Positions 19,876 through 28,841 of a stretch of DNA of 64,000 nucleotides are shown here, piece after piece. The DNA lies in NCBI RefSeq assembly GCF_902500695.1, contig NZ_CABVRQ010000005.1:14390-78389 (forward strand), given 5' to 3'. Source of the stretch: an uncultured Nitrospira sp. GTDB lineage: Bacteria > Nitrospirota > Nitrospiria > Nitrospirales > UBA8639. Below the pieces are notes generated by a model. It ran no database searches. It was not told the DNA's origin and saw nothing but the letters and a program-made list of their open reading frames with translations. Position numbers and translations under genes: made by a program. Position 1 is the first letter of the stretch, and each line of letters starts with the position of its first letter.

Positions 19876-19973
19876 TAGAGAAAGCTCTGCAATTTCGAAC
19901 GTCAAAATACCCTTTAACCAAATCATTCTATTTCGGCCAGAAAGCCAAAAAGCTTATGTGGAGGATGAGATTT

Positions 19974-20189
19974 ATGAGAAACGAATGTGAGTATATCCAA
20001 ACGGGTGGAGGGCTTGAACGAAAAGAGCGGCCGGTTGAACCACTTTCCAGGCCATCGGGACCTGGTGACCAGGAATCAGGTCCTAAACGACCGGAAACTG
20101 ATTCCCCATCCCGTGATAATCTCATGAAACGCATGCGAAAGGTGGATCCCAAGCAGGCGGAAAAGTATCGTCAACGGACCGGGGAATAG
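19974..20189 (+). CDS. ubact: UBact (Pup-homologous small protein modifier) ending in -RTGE
   Basis: 71 aa from the ATG at 19974, 9 nt after GGAGG. Sequence: MRNECEYIQTGGGLERKERPVEPLSRPSGPGDQESGPKRPETDSPSRDNLMKRMRKVDPKQAEKYRQRTGE. It is predicted disordered and Pro/Gly/Ser-rich, has a C-terminal Gly-Glu, and its stop codon ends at 20189, directly before the prcB start at 20191. Confidence 0.75.
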   Translation: MRNECEYIQTGGGLERKERPVEPLSRPSGPGDQESGPKRPETDSPSRDNLMKRMRKVDPKQAEKYRQRTGE

Positions 20190-20190
20190 G

Positions 20191-20982
20191 ATGGGACAAC
20201 AGGGAGATTTCCTTCAGGTTCTCCGAGAACGTGGTTATGCGGTTGACGACCTTCGTCAGTCAATCAATGGCAGCGTGCCATCCGGCCATATAGGGATTAC
20301 CAGCGGCACGACGGTCTTTGCTATCAAGTATGCGGATGGCGTGCTTGTGGCTGGTGACCGCCGGGCAACGGCCGGAAATGTCGTGATGTATGATCGGACT
20401 GATAAGGTATTGGAATTGGATCGTTTTTCCGTGTTAGCCATTGCAGGGGTTCCTGCTACCGCGTTTGAAATGGCCAGAATATTAGAGCATTCCTTTAAGT
20501 ATTACCGGAGAAGCCAATTGCAGGATTTGAGTTTTGAGGGAAAGTTACGAGCTTTATCCACGTTGTTGAAAAACAATGCACCTGCAGCGTTGGCAGGAAC
20601 GGGAACCGTGGCGCCAGTTTTTGCAGGGTATGATCAACTTGAAGGATGCGGAAAGATTTTTTTCTACGATATCTTAGGAGCTGAGTTTGAGGCGGTGGAA
20701 TATGCGGTTTCTGGCTCGGGATCTTCCACGATTCGGGGGATTTTGTTTTATATGAATCGGTGGGGAAATGGTCCCGTTGCCGAGATGAATGAAGAAGACG
20801 CCCTGACATTCGTGCTCCGTCTTATGACCAGTGCGGCAGAGTTCGATTCCGCCACCGGTGGAGTGGACGCCCAGGCCCAACTGTATCCAGTCGTCAAGCG
20901 CATTTCAGCCGAGGGGGTGAGAACCATTCCGGCCGAACGGTTGAAGTCGCTGTTTTCAGAAAAGGTGTTGAACCATGTATGA
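20191..20982 (+). CDS. prcB: 20S proteasome beta subunit
   Basis: 263 aa. Propeptide followed by the catalytic Thr context ITSG/TTVFAIKYADGVLVAGDRRATAG, plus SGSGS. Confidence 0.9.
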   Translation: MGQQGDFLQVLRERGYAVDDLRQSINGSVPSGHIGITSGTTVFAIKYADGVLVAGDRRATAGNVVMYDRTDKVLELDRFSVLAIAGVPATAFEMARILEHSFKYYRRSQLQDLSFEGKLRALSTLLKNNAPAALAGTGTVAPVFAGYDQLEGCGKIFFYDILGAEFEAVEYAVSGSGSSTIRGILFYMNRWGNGPVAEMNEEDALTFVLRLMTSAAEFDSATGGVDAQAQLYPVVKRISAEGVRTIPAERLKSLFSEKVLNHV

Positions 20983-21793
20983 AGAACCCTATCGATGGAT
21001 TGAAGCCGTCGCCAATCGGCGAAATTATCTTGACGATCAATTTACGCAAGGCAATCCGTTAGTCGGCGTCTCCTTTGCGCAAGGGATTCTTCTGTTGACC
21101 TTTAATCGGGGAACGGAAAAGATCTATGAAATTTACGATCGCATCGCCTTAGGAGGCATGGGACATCCGGCGGATCTGGAGAAGCTACGGTATAGCTTAT
21201 TGGATATGGCTCACGTCGAAGGATTTCAACGGTCACCGGCGGATGTCACTGCTTCCCGCCTGATGAAAAATGGTCTAGCCCCTGCCATTAAACAGGCCTT
21301 TGAAGAAATTTTCAAGGCACCGTACATTGCTAAAATTTTGCTGGCAGAAGTCGGGGCTACTCAGGATCGTGACCGTTTGTTCAGCATCAACTATGATGGC
21401 ATGTTCGAGGAACAACGGGAATTCGGGGTGCTGGCGGCCTCCCCATCCATCCGTGGGCTTCTCACTCAGGAATGGAAAAGCCATAGTCCTCTCTCTTCTT
21501 TGCAGTCTGCGGTGGAGGTGAGTCTCCGACTGTGGGGGATTGCGAGTCATCTCCAAACCTCGACTCCCTCTCCCGATACGGAAGAGGAAGGAACCACCTC
21601 TTTACCAGCCACTTCCATGTCCACCATTCCGGACGATGAGGCGATTGCTTCACGAATTCGTGAAACGCTGTCCAAAGAATCACTGGAATGTGTGTTGCTG
21701 GATCGGGAGAGCGGGAAGATGGAAACCTATCGTGCTCTGAGTCCGTCGGAACTTCAGTCCTTCATTCCTTCGGTGTTTCAACCTGCCACCTAA
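20975..21793 (+). CDS. prcA: 20S proteasome alpha subunit
   Basis: 272 aa with 8-nt overlap with prcB. IYEIYDRIALGGMG, APYIAKILLAEVG and FSINYDGMF align with bacterial PrcA. Ser/Thr/Pro-rich C-terminal extension. Confidence 0.85.
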   Translation: MYEEPYRWIEAVANRRNYLDDQFTQGNPLVGVSFAQGILLLTFNRGTEKIYEIYDRIALGGMGHPADLEKLRYSLLDMAHVEGFQRSPADVTASRLMKNGLAPAIKQAFEEIFKAPYIAKILLAEVGATQDRDRLFSINYDGMFEEQREFGVLAASPSIRGLLTQEWKSHSPLSSLQSAVEVSLRLWGIASHLQTSTPSPDTEEEGTTSLPATSMSTIPDDEAIASRIRETLSKESLECVLLDRESGKMETYRALSPSELQSFIPSVFQPAT

Positions 21794-21815
21794 TTCCTGG
21801 CAGAGTGAGGTCCCC

Positions 21816-23348
21816 ATGCATAATCGAATCTTCGGCATTGAAACCGAATATGGCCTGCTCATAAAGGCCGATCAACCGGACGTGTCTCCTCCCTGGGTTG
21901 CACGCCGGATCATTGAACATTTATTTGGACAGAAAAAACATGGCGTGATTGATTGGCATTATCGTGGGCATGATGAACCTCCAGGCAATGGAGGATTTTT
22001 GCTCAATGCAGGCCGGATGTATGTGGATATGGGGCATCTTGAATATGCCTCGCCGGAATGCCATTTGTTGTGGGATTTAGTGGCTGTGGACCGTGCAGGA
22101 GATTGGCTGTTGCAGGACTGTTTAGAAGAGCTTGGCCTCTCAGAACAGGTGTCGATCATTAAAAACAATATTGATCATGAGACAGACGCAACATTTGGCT
22201 GCCATGAAAATTACCTGGTCACCAGGGATTTTCCCTTTACCTACCAAGGGTTGGGGTTGCTCATGCCGTTTCTGGTGACACGCCAGGTCTTTACCGGGGC
22301 CGGCCGAATCGGGATGGCGCGTTCCGTGGACGGCTGGATTAGCCTGGACGATATTGAAGGACGTGGGGGAGACCGGTCACGGGGATCAGTGGGAGAGGGG
22401 GTGATCTATCAAATTTCCCAGCGCCCGGATTACATCGTCAACGATTTTTTCGAATGGGTCCAGCACAACCGGGCTATTGTGAATACCCGGGATGAACCCC
22501 TGGCTGATCCAGAGCGATTCCGGCGGTTGCACCTGCTCATGGGCGATTCGAACATGGCCGAGGAAGCGACCTTATTGAAAATGGGCACGACCGGGCTGGT
22601 TCTCCAGTTGATCGAAGAAGGCTATGCTCCGCAAGGGTTGGATTTCGATGATCCCGTCCAGACCCTACGCGCCATCTCTCACGACCCTCAGCAAAAATGG
22701 ATGGTTACCCTATCAACCGGCCGGCGCTTTTCAGCCTTGGATATTCAAGAGCAGTTTTGGGAAGCCGCGAACAAACAGTATGCCGGACAGGATGAGGAAA
22801 CAGACTGGGTCCTAGCCCATTGGGAATCGGTAGTGAAGGATTTACGAAAAGGTTATCATGCCGTGGTTGGCCGGGTTGACTGGGCTTCTAAGCTTTCGTT
22901 GTTGGAAGCCTTTCGGGAAGCGGAGAAGTTAGATTGGGACGATCCCTGGTTAAAAAGTCTGGATTTGGAATATCACAATGTCGATCCACACGCAGGGCTG
23001 TATCATGGCATGACAGAGGAAGGCGATGCGCCGCGCTTTACGACGAATGAACTGGTCGAGTTGGCGAAAGGTCAACCACCACGAAATACCCGTGCATTTG
23101 GGCGATCCGAAGTCATTCGCCATGTCGTTAGGGAAGGGTGGGCGGATTTTTTAGAGAAGGCGTCCGGCCATCATGATCCGCGTCGCCCCCCCTATGTCAT
23201 CAATTGGTCGGTTTTGCAACTTCAGGGAAGTCCGGCTTTTGTCATGGCCGATCCCTTTCGCAGCTATGTGCAGGAAAGCCGCGATTATTGCAAAGAATGG
23301 TCCTCTCGCCCCTCCCTGGAATCCCTCCCTAATAAACAAAAGACCTAA
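21816..23348 (+). CDS. pafA: Pup/UBact--protein ligase (PafA)
   Basis: 510 aa. MHNRIFGIETEYGLL, GHLEYASPEC and FGCHENYLV. It lacks the N-terminal Dop-type loop present in the 17374 paralog, and it is positioned after prcA as in the canonical cluster. Confidence 0.8.
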   Translation: MHNRIFGIETEYGLLIKADQPDVSPPWVARRIIEHLFGQKKHGVIDWHYRGHDEPPGNGGFLLNAGRMYVDMGHLEYASPECHLLWDLVAVDRAGDWLLQDCLEELGLSEQVSIIKNNIDHETDATFGCHENYLVTRDFPFTYQGLGLLMPFLVTRQVFTGAGRIGMARSVDGWISLDDIEGRGGDRSRGSVGEGVIYQISQRPDYIVNDFFEWVQHNRAIVNTRDEPLADPERFRRLHLLMGDSNMAEEATLLKMGTTGLVLQLIEEGYAPQGLDFDDPVQTLRAISHDPQQKWMVTLSTGRRFSALDIQEQFWEAANKQYAGQDEETDWVLAHWESVVKDLRKGYHAVVGRVDWASKLSLLEAFREAEKLDWDDPWLKSLDLEYHNVDPHAGLYHGMTEEGDAPRFTTNELVELAKGQPPRNTRAFGRSEVIRHVVREGWADFLEKASGHHDPRRPPYVINWSVLQLQGSPAFVMADPFRSYVQESRDYCKEWSSRPSLESLPNKQKT

Positions 23349-24440
23349 TGCTCGGAGCGAGTATAGCCGGGTGACTCAGTCTGCCGTTTTCCAGTAGGGA
23401 TAATTTTAACTTAATAGGGGAAGTCAAATGGACAAATGTATAGTTGAATCAAAACTTTTTTCAAACGAAATCAGCTCTAGACTACCTGAATTTCCAGAAT
23501 TGTAACTCCAAGTGACAACCTAATATCTCTAGAGTCTCATCTTTTCGTGGTTTCGTGGCGGATACCCGTGTTATATCGTGGCATTCCGGCACAAAGATTT
23601 GTTGTTGAAAAGACGTCCCAAAATTTCAGTCGCTTTATTGGAAATTTCAAGTAACCCGCCGATTAGACCTTTGCTTCATGATTTGCGATCTATTAGGCGG
23701 GGATGAATTCCTTCTTTTTGTACTGTATTGCCTAGGAAAGGCCTGGGAAGGCATAATTTTAGATAACAATGGATGAGGCAGGGTGTTTGTGCTCTCCCAG
23801 GCTTTCAGAAATTCGAAACTTAAACGAAGATAACTGAGGACTTTGTTTTTATGGACCGAATAGACTTATAGGTCTATTCTGTGACTAGGGCTGGGAGGAC
23901 AGAATTTCCAGAGAGAATTTGGTAACTGTCAATCCGGATGAATTCTATGACGCCTACGTTTTGTCATCAAGCGGGCTTTCTTTTATTTCAGAGATAACCC
24001 GTTGTCTGTCATTGCAGAAACTTTTTTGGACTCACGTTCAGGAAGGCAGGTCCCGGTGCGGAATAAATTCCTAGCATTGAGCGCTATTGCGTTCTTGGGG
24101 ACTCCGGTAGTTAGGAATGGATATGCCTCCCTGTACTCAAATCGACATGGTTTTAATTTGAGGAATTGATTTTTTTCTTGCTGAGCTCTCCATATCTGTA
24201 CCCAAAATATATCAACGCCTGTATTCTTTAAGTTATGGGATAACCGACCTCTTCCACTTATTTAACTTAACAGGATTGGGTTCTGTTCCTTCCTATCAAA
24301 GGTGGTATTTGGTGTGTACCACGATTTTTTTTGACGCTGAAGAGTATCTCTGGATGGAAAGTCATCATCTGTAATCGACTGAAAAATGTGAGCACACTTC
24401 GATCCATTGTTCAAAATTTCACTTGGAAAAAGTACTCAAA

Positions 24441-25535
24441 ATGAAAATTAGCCCAGTACTATTTATTTCAGTCTGTTTACTCACGGTAGCCTGCACCTAT
24501 AAAAAAGAAACTGAAATTATTGATACTCATAAGGTGATTTATCCAGTCGTAGAAGACGCGGAGTATAGCAGCAAATATGTCGCCCAAATTCAATCGGTCA
24601 ATTATGTGGAGATACGAAGCAGAATTAAAGGGTATATTGAAAAAATTTATGTGGATGAAGGGCAGCCGGTCAAAAAAGGGCAGTTGCTGTTTTCTCTGAT
24701 CTATAACGTTTTTGAAAAAGAATTGCAAAAAGCGAATGCGGCGTATAGAAGTGCACTGGCAGATTTAAAGGTTGCGCAAGTTGAAATGGCAAACGTGAGA
24801 GTGCTGGTAGAAAAAACCATTGTGTCCAAAACGGAGCTGGATGTCATTCAAGCAAAGGTTGATGCCTTGAAAGCCGACGTGGAAGAAGCGATGGCAAACA
24901 AAGAGCAGCAAGCCTTAAATCTTTCATTTTCAAAGATACGAGCCCCCTATGACGGCTTTATTAACCGTATTCCAAACAAGGTGGGAAGCTTGATAGCCGA
25001 AGGAGACATCTTGACCTCTCTTTCTGATAATCGGGAGGTCTTCGCCTATTTCAATCTTTCGGAAGTCGATTACCTTAATTACATTGCCTCTGGCGAACGA
25101 GGGACCAATGTGGTGAACTTTGAACTCGCCAACCATGCCCTGTATGGGTATGAAGGGACCATAGAAATGATTGAAAGTGAATTTGACAGTTCGACGGGGA
25201 ATATTGCGTTTAGGGCCAGATTCCCCAACCCTGATGGACTGTTAAAGCAAGGGGCCAATGGGAAAGTCATTGTCAATAAAATCCTGAAAAATGCCTTGCT
25301 CATCCCTCAAAAATCAACATTTGAAATTCAAGATCAAATGTATGTGTACGTGGTGAATCAAGAAAGTGTGTTAGAGCAAAGGAATATTGTCTATAAAATG
25401 CGATTGCCAAATTTTTACGTGGTGGAGTCCGGATTATCAAAGGACGAACAAATTCTGTTCGAGGGGGTAGAGAATGTGATGAATGGGGACAAGGTGCATC
25501 CTGTTCATGTTGAGATGGCCAAGGCCATGCCGTGA
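24441..25535 (+). CDS. RND efflux periplasmic adaptor (HlyD/MFP family) lipoprotein
   Basis: ATG at 24441 (MKISPVLFISVCLLTVAC lipobox). VEIRSRIKGYIEKIYVDEGQPVKKGQLLFSL lipoyl-like hairpin, coiled-coil segment, and IRAPYDGFI. A/T-rich. Confidence 0.9.
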   Translation: MKISPVLFISVCLLTVACTYKKETEIIDTHKVIYPVVEDAEYSSKYVAQIQSVNYVEIRSRIKGYIEKIYVDEGQPVKKGQLLFSLIYNVFEKELQKANAAYRSALADLKVAQVEMANVRVLVEKTIVSKTELDVIQAKVDALKADVEEAMANKEQQALNLSFSKIRAPYDGFINRIPNKVGSLIAEGDILTSLSDNREVFAYFNLSEVDYLNYIASGERGTNVVNFELANHALYGYEGTIEMIESEFDSSTGNIAFRARFPNPDGLLKQGANGKVIVNKILKNALLIPQKSTFEIQDQMYVYVVNQESVLEQRNIVYKMRLPNFYVVESGLSKDEQILFEGVENVMNGDKVHPVHVEMAKAMP

Positions 25536-25566
25536 ATCAGTCAAGATTGAGGTACATGAGATCCCT

Positions 25567-28500
25567 ATGACGGCCATATTTATTCATCGTCCCGTTCTAT
25601 CCATTGTTATATCTCTGTTCATCACATTGCTGGGCTTGTTGTCCTTTACCCAGCTTCCTGTTACCCAGTTTCCCGAGATTACTCCTCCCGAAGTCACTGT
25701 GACAACAAACTTTATTGGTGCGAATGCCGAAGCTGTGGTCAAGGCGGTTGTGACGCCACTCGAACGAGCCGTGAATGGTGTCGCTGGCATGGCTTACATG
25801 TCGTCCGTTTCCGGCAATGATGGGAAGAGCATTATCCAGATTATTTTTAAGGCCGGGACCGACCCGGAAATCGCCGCTGTGAATGTTCAGAACAGAGTGG
25901 CTTCCGCGTTGGACGAGTTGCCCCCAGAGGCGATTAAATCCGGAGTGATCGTCGAGAAGGTACAAAACAGTATGTTGTTGTATATCAACATACTCAGTCT
26001 GGATCCGACGATAGACGAAAAATTTCTCTACAATTTCACCGATATTAATATCCTGAAAGAGCTGAAAAGAATAGATGGTGTAGGTTTTGCGGAGATTATG
26101 GGGTCAAGGGAATATGCCATGCGTGTGTGGCTGAAGCCCAATAAATTGGTTATGTACAACATTTCAGCTCTTGAGGTCATCGAAAAAATAAAAGCTCAGA
26201 ATATAGAGGCCGCGCCGGGTAAAATTGGTGAAAGCTCAGGTAAGGATAAGAACGCCCAGGCCCTTCAGTATGTGTTGAAATATACCGGCAAACACAATAC
26301 ACAAGAAGCCTATGAAGAACTTGTGTTAAGCAGTACGGATGATGGGGAAATTGTACGACTCAAAGATGTGGCGGAGATTGATTTCGATTCCCAGGATTAT
26401 GGAGTTCTTTCTAAGGAGAACGGGCAAGCTTCTGCGGCTATTGTGTTAAAACAGCGCCCGGGCAGCAATGCCCAGGAGGTGATCAATAGGATCAAGGAGA
26501 AAATGGAGGAAATTAAATCGGCGTCATTTCCTCCAGGGATGGATTTCAGCCTCAGTTATGATGTTTCTGAGTTTTTGGATGCGTCCATTGACCAAGTTCT
26601 GACAACCCTGCTTGAGGCATTTCTTCTGGTATCTCTGGTGGTCTTTATCTTTTTGCAGAATGTACGGCTCACCATCATTCCCATTCTGGCCGTACCTGTT
26701 TCGCTGGTCGGTACATTTTTTTTCATGCATATGATGGGTTTTTCCCTGAATCTCATCACGCTATTTGCGTTGGTTCTTGCCATCGGGATTGTTGTCGATA
26801 ATGCGATCGTGGTGATTGAAGCCGTTCATGCCAAAATGGAGGATTCAGGAATTGGAGCCCAACTAGCCACGGAACAAGCCATGCATGAAATTAGCGGAGC
26901 CATTGTGGCCATTACCCTGGTCATGTCGGCGGTGTTTTTGCCCGTGGCCTTTATGGATGGCCCAACGGGAATTTTTTACAGGCAGTTTTCTTTGACTATG
27001 GCCTGTTCTATCGTTCTTTCAGGGGTAACGGCCCTCACTCTGACCCCCGCCCTTTGTGCCGTGTTTCTTAAAAATACCCACAACAGCCAACATCCTCAAC
27101 AATCGCGGCTTCAGAAATTATTTGATGGATTCAATCGTTGGTATGACAAACTTTCTAGTAATTATAAAAAACTTATTAGCGCGATAGCGAACAGAAGGAT
27201 GATCACTTTTGGGATCCTGCTTGGTTTTTCCGTGAGCACCGGTTTGATCGGGGCGTTTGTTCCTTCGGGTTTTATTCCGAATGAGGACCAAGGGACGATC
27301 TATGCCAATGTCACTGCTCCAACAGGTGCGACTCTTGAACGTACGGAAAAAGTTGTCGATGAGGTGCAACGTATTGCATCAGGATTAGAGACTGTTACTT
27401 CCGTCTCAAGTCTGGCCGGGTTCAGCATCCTGTCTGAAGGAACGGGTGCCGTCTATGGAATGAATCTGATCAGTTTGAAAAATTGGAATGAACGAATGGC
27501 TTCTGATAATGAAATTATCAGGGTTCTTGAAGAAAAAACCCAACATATTAAAGATGCCAGCATTGAATTTTTTACCCCTCCCCCTGTGCCGGGTTATGGG
27601 AATTCCAGCGGTTTTGAAATGCGGTTGTTAGACAAAACCGGTTCGGGCACCCTTGAGGAATTGCAAAAAACGGCGGATGACTTTGTCGATGACCTCAATA
27701 AGCGGCCGGAAATCGCTAATGCCTTTACCACATTCAATGCACGCTTTCCTCAGTTTATGCTCCATATTGATGGCGATAAGGCCGGTCAGAAGGGAGTCAC
27801 TGCTGAGAATGCGATGAATACCCTTCAAGCACTGATTGGCAGTGTGTATGCGACCAACTTCACCCGCTTCGGCCAGATGTATAAAGTCATGGTCCAGGCG
27901 CTTCCCGAATTTCGTGCGGAACCTGACGACCTGATGAAGTTATATATCAAAAATGACGAAGGGGAAATGGTTCACTTTTCCTCTTTTCTTCGCATTGAAA
28001 AAATTTATGGTCCTGAGCAGGTGACCCGTTACAATATGTACCCCTCAGCCATGATCAATGGGCAGCCTGCCAAAGGGTACAGCAGCGGGCAGGTTATTAC
28101 GGCCATCAAAGAGGTGGCTGCCAGTAAATTGCCGAAAGGGTTTGGGTACGATTGGGCAGGGTCATCCCGAGATCAGGCTAACATGGGAAATCAGGCCATT
28201 TATATTTTTCTGATTTGCTTATTATTCGTGTACCTCCTCCTGGCCGCACAATATGAGAGTTTTCTGCTGCCCATGGCGGTAATTCTTTCTCTACCAATTG
28301 GGATATTTGGTGCCTTATTTTTTCTGTTGATTATGGGCTTGGAAAATAATATCTATGCTCAAATCGCGATGGTTATGTTAATTGGCATTCTCGGCAAAAA
28401 TGCCATTTTGATCATCGAATTCGCATTATTGCAGCGTAGAATAGGTAAAACACCGTATGAAGCGGCGATTGAAGGGGCGGCGCTTCGTTTGCGCCCTATA

Positions 28501-28776
28501 TTGATGACATCGTTTGCATTTATTGCCGGTCTCCTTCCCCTCATGTTTGCCTCGGGTGCAGGTGAGATTGGAAATAATACCATTGGCTCGGCGGCGGCGG
28601 GAGGTATGTTCTTCGGGACAATTTTCGGCGTGATTCTTATCCCGGGTTTATATGTGGTATTTGCAACCATGGGTGAGACTCAAAAACGTGAGGAAAGATC
28701 AAAAACAGGGAAAGCTTCCCGTTTGAGTTTCAAGTCTCGGTTTAAACTTGCACGCAGGTTGGCAAAACTCCAATAG
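25567..28776 (+). CDS. RND (AcrB/HAE1-type) inner-membrane efflux pump
   Basis: Start set at the ATG at 25567 (MTAIFIHRPVLSIVISLFI), the standard AcrB N-terminus. ~1070 aa with 12-TM architecture and two large periplasmic loops. VDNAIVVIE and ILGKNAILIIEFA motifs. Confidence 0.95.
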   Translation: MTAIFIHRPVLSIVISLFITLLGLLSFTQLPVTQFPEITPPEVTVTTNFIGANAEAVVKAVVTPLERAVNGVAGMAYMSSVSGNDGKSIIQIIFKAGTDPEIAAVNVQNRVASALDELPPEAIKSGVIVEKVQNSMLLYINILSLDPTIDEKFLYNFTDINILKELKRIDGVGFAEIMGSREYAMRVWLKPNKLVMYNISALEVIEKIKAQNIEAAPGKIGESSGKDKNAQALQYVLKYTGKHNTQEAYEELVLSSTDDGEIVRLKDVAEIDFDSQDYGVLSKENGQASAAIVLKQRPGSNAQEVINRIKEKMEEIKSASFPPGMDFSLSYDVSEFLDASIDQVLTTLLEAFLLVSLVVFIFLQNVRLTIIPILAVPVSLVGTFFFMHMMGFSLNLITLFALVLAIGIVVDNAIVVIEAVHAKMEDSGIGAQLATEQAMHEISGAIVAITLVMSAVFLPVAFMDGPTGIFYRQFSLTMACSIVLSGVTALTLTPALCAVFLKNTHNSQHPQQSRLQKLFDGFNRWYDKLSSNYKKLISAIANRRMITFGILLGFSVSTGLIGAFVPSGFIPNEDQGTIYANVTAPTGATLERTEKVVDEVQRIASGLETVTSVSSLAGFSILSEGTGAVYGMNLISLKNWNERMASDNEIIRVLEEKTQHIKDASIEFFTPPPVPGYGNSSGFEMRLLDKTGSGTLEELQKTADDFVDDLNKRPEIANAFTTFNARFPQFMLHIDGDKAGQKGVTAENAMNTLQALIGSVYATNFTRFGQMYKVMVQALPEFRAEPDDLMKLYIKNDEGEMVHFSSFLRIEKIYGPEQVTRYNMYPSAMINGQPAKGYSSGQVITAIKEVAASKLPKGFGYDWAGSSRDQANMGNQAIYIFLICLLFVYLLLAAQYESFLLPMAVILSLPIGIFGALFFLLIMGLENNIYAQIAMVMLIGILGKNAILIIEFALLQRRIGKTPYEAAIEGAALRLRPILMTSFAFIAGLLPLMFASGAGEIGNNTIGSAAAGGMFFGTIFGVILIPGLYVVFATMGETQKREERSKTGKASRLSFKSRFKLARRLAKLQ

Positions 28777-28841
28777 TCTCGAAATCGTCAGGGAGCCCCA
28801 TCAAATTTCAACGAACGTTAGCAGCCCTTCGCTCATATCCC

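Noticed and set aside
25483-25566. An upstream extension of the RND pump ORF that overlaps the adaptor gene.
   Set aside because: AcrB-family proteins begin with M-x-x-F-F-I-x-R-P. That sequence starts at the ATG at 25567, and the extension has no homology-like features.
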